Below, piece after piece: positions 58,731 through 64,000 of a DNA stretch of 64,000 nt. The position numbers and the translations under genes are program-made. The stretch is from the NCBI RefSeq assembly GCF_009914755.1, contig NC_060925.1; one strand, 5' to 3'. How positions within the stretch are numbered: position 1 is the first letter of the stretch; each line of letters starts with the position of its first letter. Origin of the DNA: the human T2T-CHM13v2.0 reference genome, Homo sapiens. The notes beneath the pieces were generated by a model that was given only the letters and a program-made list of their open reading frames with translations, was not told where the DNA came from and did not search any database.

Positions 58731-58893
58731 CATGCGGTTCTTACAAACTTCTTCTGTAAAGGACCAGATAATAACATTTTAGACTTTGTGGGGCAAGTAC
58801 TAAACTCTGCTTTTGTAAGCAAGTGGGTGTGGCTGTGTTTCAACAAAATTTCATTTACCAAAACAAGCAGCAGCTATAGTTTGCTGACTCCTG
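58731..58893. mobile_element. MER58A-like hAT MITE
   Basis: caaacttcttctgtaaaggaccagataataacattttagactttgtggg...tagtttgctgactcctg. Confidence 0.75.
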
Positions 58894-59029
58894 ATCTTGA
58901 TACAGGTCAATAGACCTACCACGAGTTTGGAGGGAAAAAAAAAAAAAAAAAAAAAGGTAGCCACAAGCTGGCTAAAATAAACTAGTAAGAACAATGAAAA
59001 TAGTATAAACAAACCCAACAGACAGGAAT

Positions 59030-59605
<576 letters not shown>

Positions 59606-59961
59606 CTATATTGTCATTTTTGGTTTCCGATCCAACCAGACTGGTAAGAGAGTAATTCTTATGAAAGACTATTACTGTTTACATGCTCTTACAGTGTCTT
59701 TTCTGTATCACTGAGTTTACTACACAAACCTTTGGCTCACATTCTTGAAAGAAAGAGCCTAGATGACCTTGCAGTGAGTAACATACTGCTCAGTAATATG
59801 CACCAAGGATTGTAAAGGTCGCTATGCTTAAATGTGACAAGTTAGAGTGTGCTGCCTAGAGGTAATGAACAGGAGGTAAACAGCTTTCTCCTACTGTCAC
59901 CTTACAAATCAGCACAGAAGTTCTGACATACACGAAAGCAAATGTGCCAGACAATCATTTA

Positions 59962-60210
<249 letters not shown>

Positions 60211-60782
60211 TTACAGTGAGCCAAGATCGTGCCACTTCACTCCAGCCTGGGTGAAAGGCGAGACTCCGCCTCAAAAAAGAAAAGAAGAACAGGCAGTATT
60301 AGAGTGAAAGGTTCTTTGCATTGGCCCATGCCTATAATCCCAGCACTTTGGGGGGCTAAGGCAGAAGGACTGCTTAAGGCCAGGAGTTTGAGACCAGCCT
60401 GGGAAAAACAGTGAGCCTCTGTCTCTACCAAAAATAATAATAATGAAATTAGCCAGGCATGGTGACATGCCTATAGTCAGTCCTAGCTACTTGGGAGGCT
60501 GGGGCAAAAGGATCACTTGAGCCCAGGAGTTCAAGGCTGCAGTGTGCTATGATCACACTACTGCACTCCAGCCTGGGCAACAGAGTGAGACCCTGTCTCT
60601 AATAAATAAATAGAATTAAAGGGACAGACGTGGCCAAAGGGCAGATTTCACATACACTTCAAAATTACTCTTCAGCCACTCCAAAACAGCAATTAAGGCC
60701 TATGAGAGTTAAGAAAAAAAAAAAAATTTCTCATCTATCCTTTAAGAGAAGGTACTGGTTTATGCCTTGCTGATTATGACTA

Positions 60783-61142
<360 letters not shown>

Positions 61143-62008
61143 TTAAAAAAAAAAAAAAAAAAGGGTAATTATTACTTCTAAGAACTAGGTAATCCCACAA
61201 CAACAATGAATGAATCTTTACCTAGCCTCTAGGTTGTAGCAAGTTTGGTCTGTTGCTATTTTGTCTTTCAGTACTCAACAGACTAGGAAATAATACTCCT
61301 TAGTTTACTTATAAAGGGACTTAGAAAAGTAGGCTCCAGCTCCTTGGGGTGGGGAAATAATTGCAGGCAGCCTGGGGAATAAGCAGAACAACCATTGTGG
61401 TAGGTCCCATCCTGCAATCTTTTTTTTTTTTTCTTTTTTTTTTGAGACAGGGTCTCACTTTGTTTTCCAGGCTAGAGTGCAGTGGTGCAATCATGGCTCA
61501 CTGCAGCCTCCCACCCCAGCCTCCCGAGTAGCTAGGACCACAGGCACATGCCACGACTAATTTTTTGTAAAGATGGAATCTCCCTATGTTGCCCAGGCTG
61601 GTCTCAAACTCCTGAGCTCAAGCAATTCTGCGATGGTCTCCCAAGGTGCTGGGATTACGGCTGTGAGCCACTGTGACCAGCTCATCCTACAATCCTTAAA
61701 GAAAGTAATAACCTCATATTCACTTCCTAACAAAAGGAAAAAAAGCACAGATATTAACACCAAAAAATACAGACGTTCAAAGACTATTGCTTGTAAAGAT
61801 GTGGCAAGAAGAGAAATTTACAGGCTTTAACAAAAATATACAAGTTCCCAATCAAATTAAGGAATTTCCTCTAGACTGCAACCTGATAAAAACTCTTACT
61901 ACAGGATTAACGAGTTTGAAAGTTCCCTCTCATTCCCAACTCTCCCCATCAGTGCTGTTATTCTGAATGGTCAGAAGCAAAAATAAACTCACATAAAACC
62001 AACTGTAA

Positions 62009-62215
<207 letters not shown>

Positions 62216-62218
62216 TGA

Positions 62219-62402
<184 letters not shown>

Positions 62403-62810
62403 TAGCCAGGATCGTCTCTTATCTCCTGACCTCGTGATCCGCCCGCCTCAGCCTCCCAAAGTGCTGGGATTACAGGCATGAGCCACCACACCTGGCCAAT
62501 TTTTTTATTTTTAGTAGAGATAGGGTTTCACCTTGTTGGCCAGGCTGATCTCAAACTCCTGACCTCATGTGATCCACCCACCTCGGCCTCCCAAAGTGCT
62601 GGGATTACAGGCATGAGCCACCGCTCTCGGCCCCATACTTTATTCTTTAATATACTTTCTCATTTTCACCTAACACAAAAGCTGCTTCATAAATATCACA
62701 CCTAGGAGGCACATAAAGAGAATTTAAGAAAAGACATCAGGCCGGGTGCAGTGGCTCACGCCTGTAATCCCAGAACTATGGGAAGTCAAGACGGGCGGAT
62801 TATGAGGTCA

Positions 62811-63050
<240 letters not shown>

Positions 63051-63558
63051 CTAAACTGAGCAGAATTATAATTTCTAAATGAATGCTGATCCCCTAATTG
63101 CCAATGAAAGACACAATCACTACAACTGAACCCCAAAATTGTAACACTTGCAATGCATGGACACTTAGAACAATCTCTAATTTTTCCTTCCTTCCATGTG
63201 CTGTTTGACTGTCCTTTTGTACAATTCTAACTCTGGCAGATGGCAGGGAAAGAATACCGCATTTTGATAATATCATACTAAACAGAAAAGAAGAAATAAA
63301 AAAGAAGGGGGAGTCTCGAATGAGTAGTTAATAGATATTACTTGCTCTATTATCTGGCTTTTTGCTTCTCCTTAAGAACAACCCCTCTCCCCCACCCACC
63401 CCTGTACCCTTGGCAATTCTGAATGATTAGAAACAGTCGGCCAAGCGCAGTGGCTCACGCCTGTAATTCCAGCACCGTGGGGGCCGAGGCAGGTGGATGA
63501 CTTGAGGTCAGGAGATCGAGACCAGCCTGACCAACATGGTGAAACCCTGTCTCTACTA

Positions 63559-63702
<144 letters not shown>

Positions 63703-64000
63703 CTACCAAGTGAGACTGTCAAAAACAAAAACAAAAACAAAAAACAAAAAAGCCACACAATGTGGCCTGTCCCCTGCCTCCTTGCTCCTCACCCCTAAGT
63801 ATCTTAACAAACTACAGCTGTAAAATCCAGGAGGCATTTCTCTTTTAATCATTCTTTTCTCAAGCACATACACCTTTGAATGGGAACAGAAAGAAGAGAC
63901 CCACCAGCCTGGACAACACAGGAAGACCAAATTTCAATAAAAAATACAAAAATTAGCCAGGTGTGGTGGTACACGCCTGCAGTCCCAGCTACTCAAGAGG

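Overview
Human (primate) genomic DNA, extremely Alu-rich. It carries five coding exons of GATAD2B (p66-beta, a NuRD subunit) on the minus strand: 11269-11604 (start-codon exon), 2866-2995, 2051-2182, 1304-1435 and 636-806. Together they give codons 1-300 in one continuous frame with GT-AG boundaries. Everything from 11605 to 64000 is the large upstream intron; no promoter, CpG island or first exon is visible. That intron holds a near full-length processed PLIN2 pseudogene inserted in an old L1, a Tigger1 with both ends intact but broken by about ten later insertions, and Charlie1, MER2, MER30 and MER58 DNA transposons. It also holds MaLR LTRs, L1 fragments (including an L1PA2-type 3' end) and an AluYa5. 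I see no new gene system. The best leads are: (1) the 336-nt start exon would form a stop-free rolling-circle ORF if back-spliced; (2) the co-oriented PLIN2 retrocopy resembles a natural gene trap; (3) a 134-bp locally templated copy of a FAM sits inside an Alu linker; (4) a candidate MIR-derived 5'UTR exon carries an overlapping uORF. Repeat subfamily calls come from recalled consensus sequences, not from a search.
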